Part shown: positions 36,834 through 50,100 of the stretch, piece after piece
How the letters are laid out: each line of letters starts with the position of its first letter
Numbering within the stretch: the first letter of the stretch is position 1
Source: Ptychomitrium polyphyllum
Taxonomy: Eukaryota
Direction: 5' to 3'
Assembly (NCBI GenBank): GCA_973851085.1
Contig: OZ316776.1
Span: forward strand, 9,052,001-9,116,000
Length of the DNA stretch: 64,000 bases
Program-made: the position numbers and the translations under genes
The notes under the pieces: model-generated
Told to the model about the DNA's origin: nothing
Seen by the model: only the letters and a program-made list of their open reading frames with translations
Databases searched by the model: none

Positions 36834-39800
36834 TCTGCGACAAGGAAATACGAGTTAACTTTCTTGTCCATGGTTACTTAGATCGGCAATGGGCAAGACT
36901 ATGTCTGAAACAGCAGAAACTTGCAAAACAACAGAAGGGATCACATCTACTCAGTTCATGAGATAACCATGCACTAAGAGATGCTTTGAGATACAAGGCA
37001 GATACGTCATAATGAATGCGTTGAGATTATAAATACCTGCACGAATACGCCATATCTTGCAGAAGTATAAAGCACGGATGAACACGCTTTAGAGACAATG
37101 TAAGACTGTGTTTCAATACAGTGCTCGATGAGAATAATGATTTATTGATTGAACCATGGCTCATATATCTTGATTTCGGGGTCGCATCAAATCAATTCTC
37201 AATGAAGACGCCATCCACTATGTCGATGAAAACGGAAGGTCAACCAATTGTACTGTACCTGGAACAGAGACCGTCACAGTAAGTCATCAACCTTCGAGCA
37301 CCTTTCGAAACGATGAGATCCGATAACAATGCTACAGCAGCTAGACTTACTAAAAAAGGGAAGTTCTTATGGCCCTCAAATGTGTGTAAATATTCATGGT
37401 TGTGGTGACATGGTTATTCGATGTGGCAAGAGAGTGTCATATGAACAAGCTGCCACGAAAAAGCAAGTGTTGTCTACTTTAAGTCACAAATAGATTCAAC
37501 GCCGTGTAGCAAGTAAATAGCAATGGTGTTTCAGAAACTCAAATAGCTGCATTTTCAAGATAGTGACGTGTGAACTTTTGGGTTCATGCATTCTGGACTT
37601 ATACTTATTTTATGCAGTCACTTTGTTGTATTTACTGAACTTGGAAGTTACTTAATCTTTCTGTAGTTCCACAGGAATTTTCATCATTCACAGTAAGATT
37701 TCCTAATGGACTTGATCTTATTGAATACACAATCTAGTGTTACCTAATAATTCTGCTTATCTTTTCTCACAATCAACCAGGATGATTGAATGTCCCCTAT
37801 GACTGTATGCTTATTTAAATTCGCACGTCTACGTTTAAACTGCAGAATTTCGAGCACTCATACACTAAATTGTAGTATAATCCCAAGGCCCGAATTGAAG
37901 CAATCTATTGCATTCTGAGTTTATAATAGAACTCAAACAAATTCAACATATTCTTCTTAAATGTGAGGAAATTCTTACCCTGCTTGCATGACCTATAAAG
38001 ATTTTGTGTCGATTTTCTGGTGAATCTGCCATCGGTTGACTCTGTCACTTCAACTGAATGGAAAACCTGCTCGAAAGGCGTGTTCTCAACTAACGTGCAA
38101 GTCTGGTAACATGCAGGTTTCCGAGGAATCGTTGAAATGCCGCCGCCTACTATGTGCTCCTGAGTCTCCGTCTAGTACTCCACACCTTTCAGTAACACAC
38201 ACTAGCACTAGACAGATCAACAATGTAGCAAATCCTCCATATGTATACCCCAGGTCTACTGCACTCTGTACCTGGCTGCTGACCACAGTCCCACAAAAAT
38301 AGCATTCTTGTATGTACATACAGAGTCAACCTCTACACGACTTCTCTTGTCCTACTCATCTCCTTCGGCAGACACGGGTGTAGAAATGTACACTCTCCTG
38401 GCACTAGTATCAGTATATTGTACCTCAAACTTGACACAGTAAAATACTGCTGCTTCCGGTCCTCCGGCCTCTGGCATTCTTGTAGGATAGGTTTAATAAT
38501 CATCACAACAAAGATCTGACATGAAAACTGTCCCAAAATTGTGTTCAGCTGCTTACAGAAACTTTCAAACTGAAGATTCCAGGGATTTGTGGGTGGACTG
38601 CAACAGAATTCATTAGATGTTCGTGCTTGAAAATGAGCAGTGAAGATGCGAAATTGCAGTGCATAGCACAATTCTTGTACTAAGAGAGGAGCATTGGAGT
38701 ATACCTGATGAATGATATCACATCCTTCAGCCCTGGTGTTCATGTCCAGAACCAGCGCTACTACCCCTTAAAAGATAAATGAAGTCTGTAGGATTCACAA
38801 GACACAAAGGGGTATGCACAACCACCTGCATTGCGCCACTATTAAGGTGGAATAGCACATTACCACAGCAATAAGATTGCCCCCTATCCCAAACGTTGTA
38901 TAAATTTTCATCCACCAACATATTTTGGGTATTTTGGTGTATAAGGTGTGAAGTTCAATGTACTTGGAATTCTAATTTTTGGATCAAATTGGAATTAGTT
39001 ATTAACGTTTGGAAGGAGCTTCATCAAAAGGCCAAAAATCACCACAAAATCTTACTATAAATCACCTAAACAACAACTAATAAACACCACTTAAGAAATG
39101 CATAGTTACTCCAATTCCATTCAATAAACACAATGCAACAAATTTATGTCCATTACATGTACTCATTCCAAAAGTAGTGCAAAATTTCCTTTCATTCTTA
39201 TTAAAAGCATTCCCATTTATATCCAATATCTATCATGACCATCATGATTGTCGCAATTATTTGTCACATGGATCCCTTCTTACAACAAATAAGCATATAC
39301 TTTGAATATCCATAGAATCTTCAAAGACACTTGCACACATTTTTAAAAAGCCTCATGAATTTTTGAAAAATGTTTGTTATGTTTGTTATGTCTTTTATCA
39401 TGTCCATTACATTTACTACAATCATCACATGACAAATTATTTGAATTTTTTTTAGTTTGTCATATTTAATAATTCTAGCATCAACAATAGAAAGTGTTGT
39501 CTAATTAAACCACTAATACATAGTACATACATGTTTTACTATTTGTTTAATAAGAACTACTTAATTATTTATACTTCATATGTTCCTATTGGCAAATCCA
39601 TGCAAAGCAAGGCAAGTATGTGTAGTTCTACAAAAACATGCATTCACATAGGAAAACCTAGAATGCTTCTAATTTATCTCATATAAGATTAATTGTGTAA
39701 AATAATTGAAGTCCTAACAAGATAACACTTCAAATTTGATAAATTTGTAAACTTACCATTACCTACATCAAATCTTCATAAAACTCATCAACTAAACGTC

Positions 39801-42199
39801 AACAACCACCAAAATAAGCAAGATTTGAAGAAATTGAAGAAAAAATTAAAAAAATGGCCAAAGGTTAGAATTTAATTCAACTTCTATATAATCTTTTTCA
39901 TCTTCACAAGTTCTAAATTCTAAATGGGCCATTTGAGTAGGTTTATTCTACTATGTAATATCTCTAAGGCTTACAAATGACTACAAAGCATTGTTACCAT
40001 TATTCTGCATGATAGCCAATTGTTTTATTAGTTATAAGTATTACTTACTTGCAAAGAAATGACCAAGTGCAATGCAAATGGAACAAAGACAAGATGGTGA
40101 AAGATAATTCAAAATGTGTGCATTCAATTCTTGTACATTTTAAGTTTATAATTTTTTTATTAACACATTTAAAGATTGTGGCTCACTATTTGTATTTGAC
40201 CTTGGACCTTCTAACATTTAAACATCACCGAGTAATGTAAGCAACATTTTTAGAATTTACTAATGAAGATGTTTGATTTCATTGTTAAAAACACCATTCA
40301 AGAAGCAAACTATAGTAAGATTGGATGCATCAATCAAGAAAGTAGTGAAAAATTTTGAACTTTTTTCTATTGACCAAGTTTACTAAATATTTATTCATTG
40401 TAGTTCAAAAGAATTCAACAAACTCTTTTTTTGCGGTTTTTACTTTTCCAAATTTTGCAAGCTTTTTTTTATTGTTTATTTGGCCTACTTTGTTGTTAAG
40501 ATGCATCAACCTTGGATCTTATATTTGAAGTTGAATATGAAAGCTTCCACAATAATAAAACCACATGAATAAAATGTGAGTGGTGGCTATGAGCAATGAG
40601 CAGTCAAAATGTCATATCAAAGGAGTTCCTTCACCTAATATCTTTCAAATTTTAATTGACACCAATAAGACTAATTAACATGAATTCCTAAATAGATAAT
40701 ATCTTCCTAAACTTAAATAGAGTACATCCATTCAACATGGTTTTGCACCTAATGTCATGTCCTGTGACGTTTTTTTGGAGGGAGTAAACCTCAGTTTCCA
40801 GAAAGAAATTCTAATGCTTCTTGCTGTCAACAGTACCTGCATAACAAGTGCTTCATGCAAGGTATGAAGTTGATTCAAGTAAATGGCCAAAGATTGAAAT
40901 TAGTTGTGCCTCCTTGATTAAGTATTGTGAGGGTAATATTGGGACTAGGTACCATTGATTGCATGTCCCTTCTATCTACCCAACCTGCCGGTTTTCTTTT
41001 CCAATTCGGTGAACTATGTAGAAGTACAGTAGTACAGTAGTACGTTAAGACAATCTACAAAGTGCCAGCTTGGCCATGGTGGCAACTGGACAGTTTCATA
41101 GGTGGTACCCATGAAGGGAAGGGTCTTCTGAGGATGTTATGTCCTTCATGCACCAGCTGAATAACACTTGCTATACTCATAGGTTAGAAAAGAGGATGGT
41201 GTCAGAACCTTTGTTGGATCCTCCTTTCCAAAGGGAGAATCCCTCCCTTGTCAAAGAATGTGTATACCTGTGTCTATGTAATTTATTTATTTTTATTTTT
41301 GAAAAAGAGCTATTCTAGAAGAGACTAATCTTTCAAATGCTAGAATTGGAGTCCTGCAAAGAGTACAATGCTGTGTGCTTAAATCACAGTGGAACACTGC
41401 CATTATCTTTCAACGTCATCCCACATGTTGATACCATACTGCAGTAAGCATTAATGTTTGAAGGTTCAAGGTCAGTTATGGCAGTGATAGCAAAATCAGG
41501 CATTCCATCATATTGTAGACCAATACATCGCGCACATGCTCAAGTTGCAAGTCACATGCAGATTAAGCACTGATCGTTACTTTGATTGGCCTATATATGA
41601 CAGAGAATACTGGCTCAAGAAAAACAATCTGCACACCAGAACGTCTGTACTCGAACTGACCATGTTCAGAATTTCCACAGTGCTCGTTAAGGTCACATGA
41701 AAATACTGAAGGCGTCTAGACCAGCTCCGAATTAGACCGGGTGAACAAAACTCAACAGAAACCTTAACAAAGTTGAACTCAAAAAGTAGTCAGTAATTCG
41801 GATTATTATGGTCAAAGCCAGCTGCAGAGTCCACAACAATGCAGAAAGGCCACAAATGCATCTCCTAAACATCAAAAACAGTGCTTTCACTACGAACTTT
41901 AGATCCATCAAAACTCGACACAAAGACTTCCATGCGCTTTGAATACCCGCTTCTGATTCATTCTCCCACAGTACTCGCAGGCAGAATTCAAGGGGTTTTC
42001 AGGATTCAACCAGCAACCCTCGTCTCGGAAGGAACTCACGGAACTCTTCGGCAACCAATCCCACGAACTTGTGCTCAGGTCCTAGACTGTAGAGACTCTA
42101 GAATCAATCCGCAGCAGCATGATAGTTTTGCAGAAGCCAAGTGCTTTCAAGTGGAAAGGTCCACTTCCTTCATATGAGATGGTACCATAATCTGCAAAT

Positions 42200-42790
42200 T
42201 GATCATAATCTTACACTCAGTGTTTCAGATAACCTCCTGAAGCTTCAAATACATGGATGCGGTTTATGTTCTCCAAAATAACTTCGGTTGTTGCATACGA
42301 CCATGCCACCAGGCATCTAACAGACAATGATGGGGGCGGGGGTGGGGAGGGGATGCATTTGGGCAAGGTTTGAAGGTGATTTCCGAACCCACGATGATAG
42401 AAATAGCCGATAGCTGCTCACGGCGATTTGAGAATTGTTGAGATACAGGTGGTCAAACCTCACCCCAATTATCTTGCCAGGTATGATTAGCATGGCTGAA
42501 ATTCCATAACTAGTATTTCTCAGCGGGAAAATCATCACCAGGGCACATTGTCACGGATAACAACCCATTAAAGAAGACACTCGATTTTTCTTTAATACAA
42601 ACCTTAGTGATTTCAGATATGGGAGGGCCTAAACGCGCATCTTGCCTTGCATGTTGCAATTGCCTTGCCCCTAATCTAGGATTGCAAGTGAGAGAGTTCC
42701 ACCAACTGCAAATAGTCCTAAATCTGCACAACACGGGTACAGAAAGGAAGGATATCGTTCGCCACAAATATACGTCGGTAGCTGGCTCCA
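42200..42790 (-). pseudogene. F-box protein gene remnant
   Basis: DVYLWRTISFLSVPVLCRFRTICSWWNSL resembles a plant F-box motif. The downstream frame is broken by stops and frameshifts. Confidence 0.6.
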
Positions 42791-44104
42791 CAGTTCGACA
42801 TTCATGTCGTCTATAGTGTGCTTGTGACTGAAAGAGGACATGCATCACATGTTTGCCCAGCTGACACTCGATTAAAAGCGCCTGTGAAAATCACATAAGG
42901 CGATAGTGACCCAATGTTGCGGCATACAGCACAGAGCTAACGCAAGCACGGAATCAGGGTTCAACAAACATGGGAATATACAACGAAGAAGCAAGCCTCC
43001 AAGCACATGATTGAGAAGCTTGCAGCGGTTTGTACTTATGCACACAACAACCCTGAACAGAGATTTCGATGGAAACGGTGAAGTCAGCCAAAGCTGAATC
43101 ACCTCACAACACTCACGATCAACCTGTTGAATCCTCACTCCTCGTCCCTCACCTCTAAGTTAAGCAATGCAACAAAGATCGTCAGACCCAACGTCTCAGA
43201 ATTTGAACCATATTCTGAGACGTAAGCACTCGCTGGTTATGTGCGAAATTCTAAACCAAAGAACTCACAATCAATTGGGGATCCCCATTGTAAGCTTTTT
43301 GTAAGTTTACTGTCTTCTAGAGGCAGAACTAGAGACATCATGGGATAGTTTGTACATTGTGTGACGATGTACACGGCAGCGTAGCTAAGAGCAGGCTTAC
43401 CCTCGTGATGTGCTTCAAAAGTACTTGCATAGATTTCAGATTTCAAGTTAATCTGTGATATTTTTTTCCTCTTATCAGGGATCCGGTTGTTCGGATTTTT
43501 AAATACTGTATTTAGGATCCTAGTCTTCTTGAATAGATTTAGGATTATGAAATCCATACCAACCACTGCCGTATATTTGCCGCTGTAGTAATGAAATGAC
43601 ACGTCCGAGTGTGTCCTCAGACACTGTTTCTATAACTAGTACCTCGGCGTATCGCAATTGGATACACACGCAAATCAGGTTTAAGACTTTTTCTTCAGTG
43701 GCTGTGAATTATATCTGGAAGAATATTTCTATAGTATAGTGTATAACATGCGTGTGCTAAAGAATGCGTTAATGAACATGGAGCATAGTGCATATATATA
43801 TTGGAATTAATTGACAGACGCAGACAGAGTATTGAGGGTGTGCTTAACTGGTTTAGAAGGGGCTTACCAATAACGTCGTTTATTCCAGGTTTGATGATTC
43901 AACATTCACACATCAAGCAGCAGCACAAAGGTAACACCTCCAAGCTTAAGCTGAGATTGAGTCTAGTGTGGGTTAACGTTGACAGCCTAGATTGTCCTTC
44001 ATTGCCATTTGTGAAACTCTCGACAAATATCTGGTTGCTACAATTGCTGCAGAAAGCTTTCTGTACAAAATACTAGAAGTTATCTACTGCTGAATCGACA
44101 ACTT

Positions 44105-47100
44105 CTACCCAGCACCATCTCCGCCGCCAGCTCCAACCACAGGCACTTCGCTCACTGCTGCAGCTAGCGTGAAAGTAACAGGGTATGATCCACCTGGTGC
44201 ACTAATGATGCTATACCATTCTTGTCATCTCGGCTCATAAATTGCACCCAGCATATCTCAGTTTCTTCATCATCCCACTTGGCATTCTTTTTCCTTGTGA
44301 CGAAAACGAGTACGATGCGATCACATTGCACTTGGAGAGCAAGATAATGGCTTCCATTCATCACAAGTACTTTCAAAGTATGTGCTGTGAAGTATGCAGA
44401 AGGTCAACTGACGAGCCAATTCGAAGAAACCAACTAACGAAGGCGAAAAGCTGAAGGTGGTATTGTTCTTTAACAAAAACGGCTCCACCACAATGTACAA
44501 GAAAAATTGGATACCAATTTCTTCAAATCCAGGCCAGATCGGGCTTGGGATTGGCTGGGGCGGCGTTCGCAGAAGGCATGTTCTCATGAGAGTTGGGAAA
44601 GAATGCATACCTGAGCCTCGAGAAAAATGGCTCAGTCGGAGGTGGAAGGTACTGATTCAGGTAAGAAGGCATAGGCACCCGGACGGTTTCCCCACCAATG
44701 ACAGCTTCCAAAAATTTGGTTCCCACCGGATATTGGACACCACCAAATTCGAGTTTCTGTCCAACCAGCACCGCGGTGATTTCTCCTGCGATTCATTAAA
44801 ATCACTTTCAGAAGTTCCTATTGCTTTCACTAAATATGCCACTTGCTAATCCAATCGACCCAAGTAGCTGTGTTACTATCGATGTGGTTTTATTACCAAA
44901 GTGAGACTGAGTTTCTTCCGTTATGAACCAAGTTAATAAAATGTTATAATCCAGAAGAGGTTCAATAATGTACCACTCTCGCCGAGTAAAATATGGCTAT
45001 CGGTGGTGTTCCAAGGGACAAGGTATGTGGAGAATGGCGCATCTGGAACAGGGATTAATTTTACCGCAGCAGCCAACGGCAAACTGCAGCTTCCACCGAA
45101 CCATCCCGTTTCCGATCAAACTAGAGATGTTATCTTGTACGACATATGGATTTCTATACCTAGATTTAATAGATTCACTTGGATATTTCATTTATCAACT
45201 AATAACTGAGCGTAGAGAGAGTGAGGTTGACAGGATAATTTTAAGTATATTGAGTAAGGGTAGAGAACCTGATTGAACCCAATAAAATACAAAGAATCCA
45301 CATCTTCCAGTTCAATCCCACCGTAGAAGCAAAGTCGCCCGCAAATTCCACAATCAAAGCCTGCAAACTCATGCTCCACATAGACTTATTTTCAGTATAT
45401 GCAGATATGAAATTGGATGACTATTGATTCTTTCAACATAAAACTTGGGCAAAAAGCTCAAACAAAAACTAAACACTAGCTTCCACCCGGAGTCAGACAT
45501 GTAAGCACAGCTCAATCAATTTACATCATAAAATTTACATTCTTAACTTCAAAGCTATAAAAACGAATCATGACAAATACCCCCAACATGGGTGTGTGCA
45601 AAAATACAAAAACATGTTTTATAAAAAGAGGTTGCTGAGTGAGTACCTGCATGACAACCGTGAATAATATGACGTACAAGAAAAGCTTATTGGTGAATAT
45701 GCCATCGAATACATTGAAAGACTCAGGCTTCCTTGCATTTATTTCGTTGAATACCTGATTCCATTTTTCGTACGAGAATTACAACAGTTCAGCACATAGC
45801 TCTAGAACATTTAACGTCACAATCCTCTCAAGAATCGCTTAATTTTTTGAAATAGTATTATACGATCCCTTATCATAATGAAATCATTTGCACCTGACAG
45901 AACACGAAGGCGTTAAATATGATAGTCTGAAGCTCCTCCTCCCTTTCGGTCTTCCCTGTTCTTGTATTCAACTGTGACACTGCCCCCCAGAGTTAATTTG
46001 CGCAGAGAAAGGACCAGGAAAGACTTAAAATCTTTGGTAAAAAAACCCGTTTCAGTTCATGTGCCGTGCCTAAATGCACCTTTGTCTGTTAGAGTCTATT
46101 CAATGGGTTGGGACGTTACCAATCTTGATATTCCCTTCGAATAACAGAAACTCAAAATTATGAGATGCAAGGTCAGAGAATGTCTTACAGTATCATCAGT
46201 AAGACCAAGAATCGAGTAGCCTTTAAAATGCAGCACAAGCAGCATGGATAACTGGTACAAGGCCTGCATGTTAAAATAAATCGGTCAATTTTGTACGTAA
46301 AGCTGTACAAAAAGAGCATTCATGGACATGCTAAAGAGGACCTGAAAGCTCCCCTCGAACAAATTTTGCGCTCTTATATTTGGAGTTCTTAAAGGTGGAA
46401 GTGATTGATACACCTACAAAAATGCAAACATAAAAAGCAGATGATGCAAATCTCGTAGTTAGAAGTAAAGCATGAGTAAGGCATTATTTACCTGGCCCAC
46501 AATGTTGCGCCACATGACGTTCGTAATCAAAGGAGTCCTACAATCCGAGTGCCCGCACTAATTATCAGAAAATTTAAAGATGAAATAAATTGCTTTTTAG
46601 ATTTAGAAGCCTACCCACCTTGAGAACTCAATATTACTTACACTCAAAAGTGTTACTTGCACTCGAAAGACACATGCTACCTTCATTTTGCATTGTCAGA
46701 GTGAATAGAGCAGATAACCGTTGTTCCAGTATGTCTATTGCTGAATAGAAATAAGCATTAAACTGCAATACTGGTGATAAGAGTACTCCAACGTAGGGGA
46801 AAATTGCTTTATAGAGGACACCAAAGTTGAGTAAGCTCCAGGTTTTTCTTACGAGGTTGGTATAGGTGGTCTCTGCATGAGGTTCTCAGTTGGAGGCTCC
46901 GTAGCTAAGGCTAACGCACCTAAAGTGTCCATAATCAGATTCACCCACAGCAACTGCGTTGTTCCAGAATAAGCACATGTCGTCAGGAGTACGATGAAAG
47001 TATGGGCACCTTTTCAAAAGGTCAAATCCATATCTTGTGGAAAGCATGTCTTTCTAAGTAAAACTAAGGTTCATGGTACAGAATATCCAACGTCAACTTC

Positions 47101-50100
47101 ACAAAATTAGAAGCAAAGGGAAAACCAAGCATACCTGCACAGCTGTTAGAGGAGCCTCGCCACTGGCAATGGCTGAAATGAAATTGAGTAATAGCGCCAC
47201 TCCGTTTACTGTGGTCTGGAACTGAATAAATTTTTGGATGTTCACATATATCGACCTTCCCCACCTTACTACCTGCATATAGATAACACTACAATTCAAG
47301 ATATTACTCCAAAATTTGATGTTTGTGGCAATCAGATTCAATACGCATCTTCGATTTAACATGATTGGCACCCAAAGCAAGCCATCATCCACTCTAATGA
47401 CTTCGCCATTAATAGCACATCAGTTGAGTCAAATGCAGTGTGTTTACGAACCTTTACAATAGAAGAAAAATTATCATCCAATATTATAATATCGGAGCTC
47501 TCCTTTGCCACCTCTGTACCAGCAATACCCATGGCCAGTCCAATTGATGCCTTGACAAAGAATACAAACACAAAGGTCAGGGAAACTAAGTTGCTGAACG
47601 GCTTACCGTTTAGTTAAATAAATGCTGAAGAGATGCACAGAGAGGACTGATCGTATATAGCTTAAAAACTTTTAACTTATAGATAATATACACGTGTCGC
47701 ATTTATAGGCTAGTGATATGACTAGGCAAAACGAGCTGTTACTGCAATGAACGCACCTCGTGAAGAGCGGGGGCATCATTTGTACCATCTCCAGTCACTC
47801 CAACAATTTCGCCCATCTCCAACAATCTTTTCACGAGCGTGTGCTTGTCAGTCGGAGAAGACCTTGCCATGACCTGCAGCGGATCGAGGGACACGAAAGC
47901 ACTCATTAACACTGCCAATAAGTGTACGAAAGGGGGATGGCAAATCCAGTGACATTTTTAACAATTTTTTTCAAAAAAGTTAAAGAGCTGGTGGAAAATA
48001 GCTAAGACTGTTGTCAATAGAACCAGGAATTGTGAAGGAATGGAACGAAGAAAGACAAAATCATAAAGGAACGTTATCATACGTCTACATTTGGTAGCAA
48101 GTCATATTGTTCTTGGACAGTCATTACGCGAAAGTCCTTTCCTTCAATGGCTAGCCCATTAGGTGTCAAAATTCCGCATTCTGCTGCAATAGCTTTGGCT
48201 GTCTGAACGTTGTCTCCCGTCACCATCCGGACCTGTCCTTGGAACTTCCGAATAAGCAAAAAGAAGGAAAACAAGCACAAACAAAGGGATGATTTAACTT
48301 CTAGAAAGGTAGTGGATACTAGCAGATCCATGCACTATCCAAGCAAGTATGTCAAGGTTTGGGGTAATTTGTAGATGACAACAGCAAGCGCGTGACATAC
48401 TTTGATTCCTGCTGCCTGACACCTCGCTACTGCCTCAGGGACACCAGGTCTGCAGGGATCTTTTATTCCCACAATAGCTATGCAGATAAGATCTGACTCA
48501 GGCAGACCATTTGCTTTGATGTTTTCAGGAGTAAGCCCCGCTAATTCTTCAGGTAAAAGCTCCCGAAAACCAAAGCACAAGGTACGCAACGCAGAATTCG
48601 CAAAGCTGCTAATGATCAACTTCAACTCATCCCTCTGTTCCCCATCCTCAGACGACTTAAGCATTCATTAAAACAGAAGTAAGCAATTCCTATACTTCTG
48701 TGATAATTTGGTGCTCTGCGTAGATTTCATCACGTCTCTAAAATCTATCTAACAACTGTTCCTCCGCCTAAAATACCACTGAGAACTAAACATTCGAGAA
48801 CCAATGACAATGACGCATAATTGCCCAACAATCGAAAGCTCCAAACAATAAAATAGATCAGTAGATGTGGCATGAGCGAGAAGAATGTACTGTTGCGGGA
48901 TCAAGTGGGACTGATGAGCCATCAGGTGCAAGTGTATGAGTGCAAAAGTCCAGCACGATCTCAGCGGCACCTTTCCAATGTACATACATCTTTCCGTCTG
49001 GTGTCTGCACCAAGAGGACACTGTCAAGCATTTTCCAGATAAGTGAATAGTCTCACTCAAAGACAGATCAAATTGGTTGAAGAGCATTCACAATGAACAG
49101 AATTTGCACAAACTGCCATTTGGTTATGATTCATTTCTTGCCACAATTTATGCTTCATCTTCTAAATTGTCACGAAATTGCATCTGTTACTCACAGTGAT
49201 GCAGATCCCCATTTTCTTCTTGGTAGAATTGAAAGTCTCCACAGCTTTCACAATACAGTGTTTCCTGATTTCGTCGAACCTTGCACCTAGCTGATCAGAT
49301 ATATTGAAGTAAATGAGCAGTACAAAACATGCAAATCGACCGTAGAAATCCATGTCATAGACTCATGTTATAGCATACCCAGAGCTACGGGCCAACATGT
49401 ATTATTTTACACATCGATTCATAAGTGGATTTCCTTAATTAAAGGAAATGTAATTCTAAATTGACTGCAAGGGAATTGTTCAAAATATGATCAAGATATG
49501 ATCAAAATCCAAGAAGCTCTCAACCTTTTCGTGAAACTAATGAAAACAAAACAATAACACCATAGACATAATGTGAACAAAATTACACTCCCAAGTACAG
49601 CAAGAATCAAAGTTTTAGTGCCTTTAGTCCCCAAGACAGCACAGCTTGTTCGGTGGGGCTCCCAGTCACTTCAGGAGGTCCGTTCTAAATTAAAACATTT
49701 ACAAGACAGTGGATATCAATAGCAAACATCTGAACAGCTTACTGAGCCAAAGGTTGCATACCACAGCAACTACATACAAGCAGAATCGTTCCTCTAAACT
49801 GATAGCTGATGAAAGTTCAGGTCAGTTATGATTACCTTAGGAAAGAAAACATTCCCATTGCTGTTGAGGCAGACAGTCTGAAAGATCGTCTGCAGCGTAC
49901 AAATAATAAGTTAAACGAGTCGCTCAACTGTTGTCATTTAGCGGCTAAGCAATGCAATTTGCATAACCTGTGAGGTATTTCAAGTTGATCTGTGCTACCT
50001 GAATAACATGTGGTTCAAATTGCTCATCAAATTCAATGGATTTGCGTAGGCGACCGCAAACCCAATTCGTTACAACCGTCATCTGGACTTATGTCAAGTC

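Noticed and set aside
38900..40750. AT-rich block with faint coding-like texture
   Set aside because: No interpretable ORF or element boundaries; a repeat-library search would be needed.
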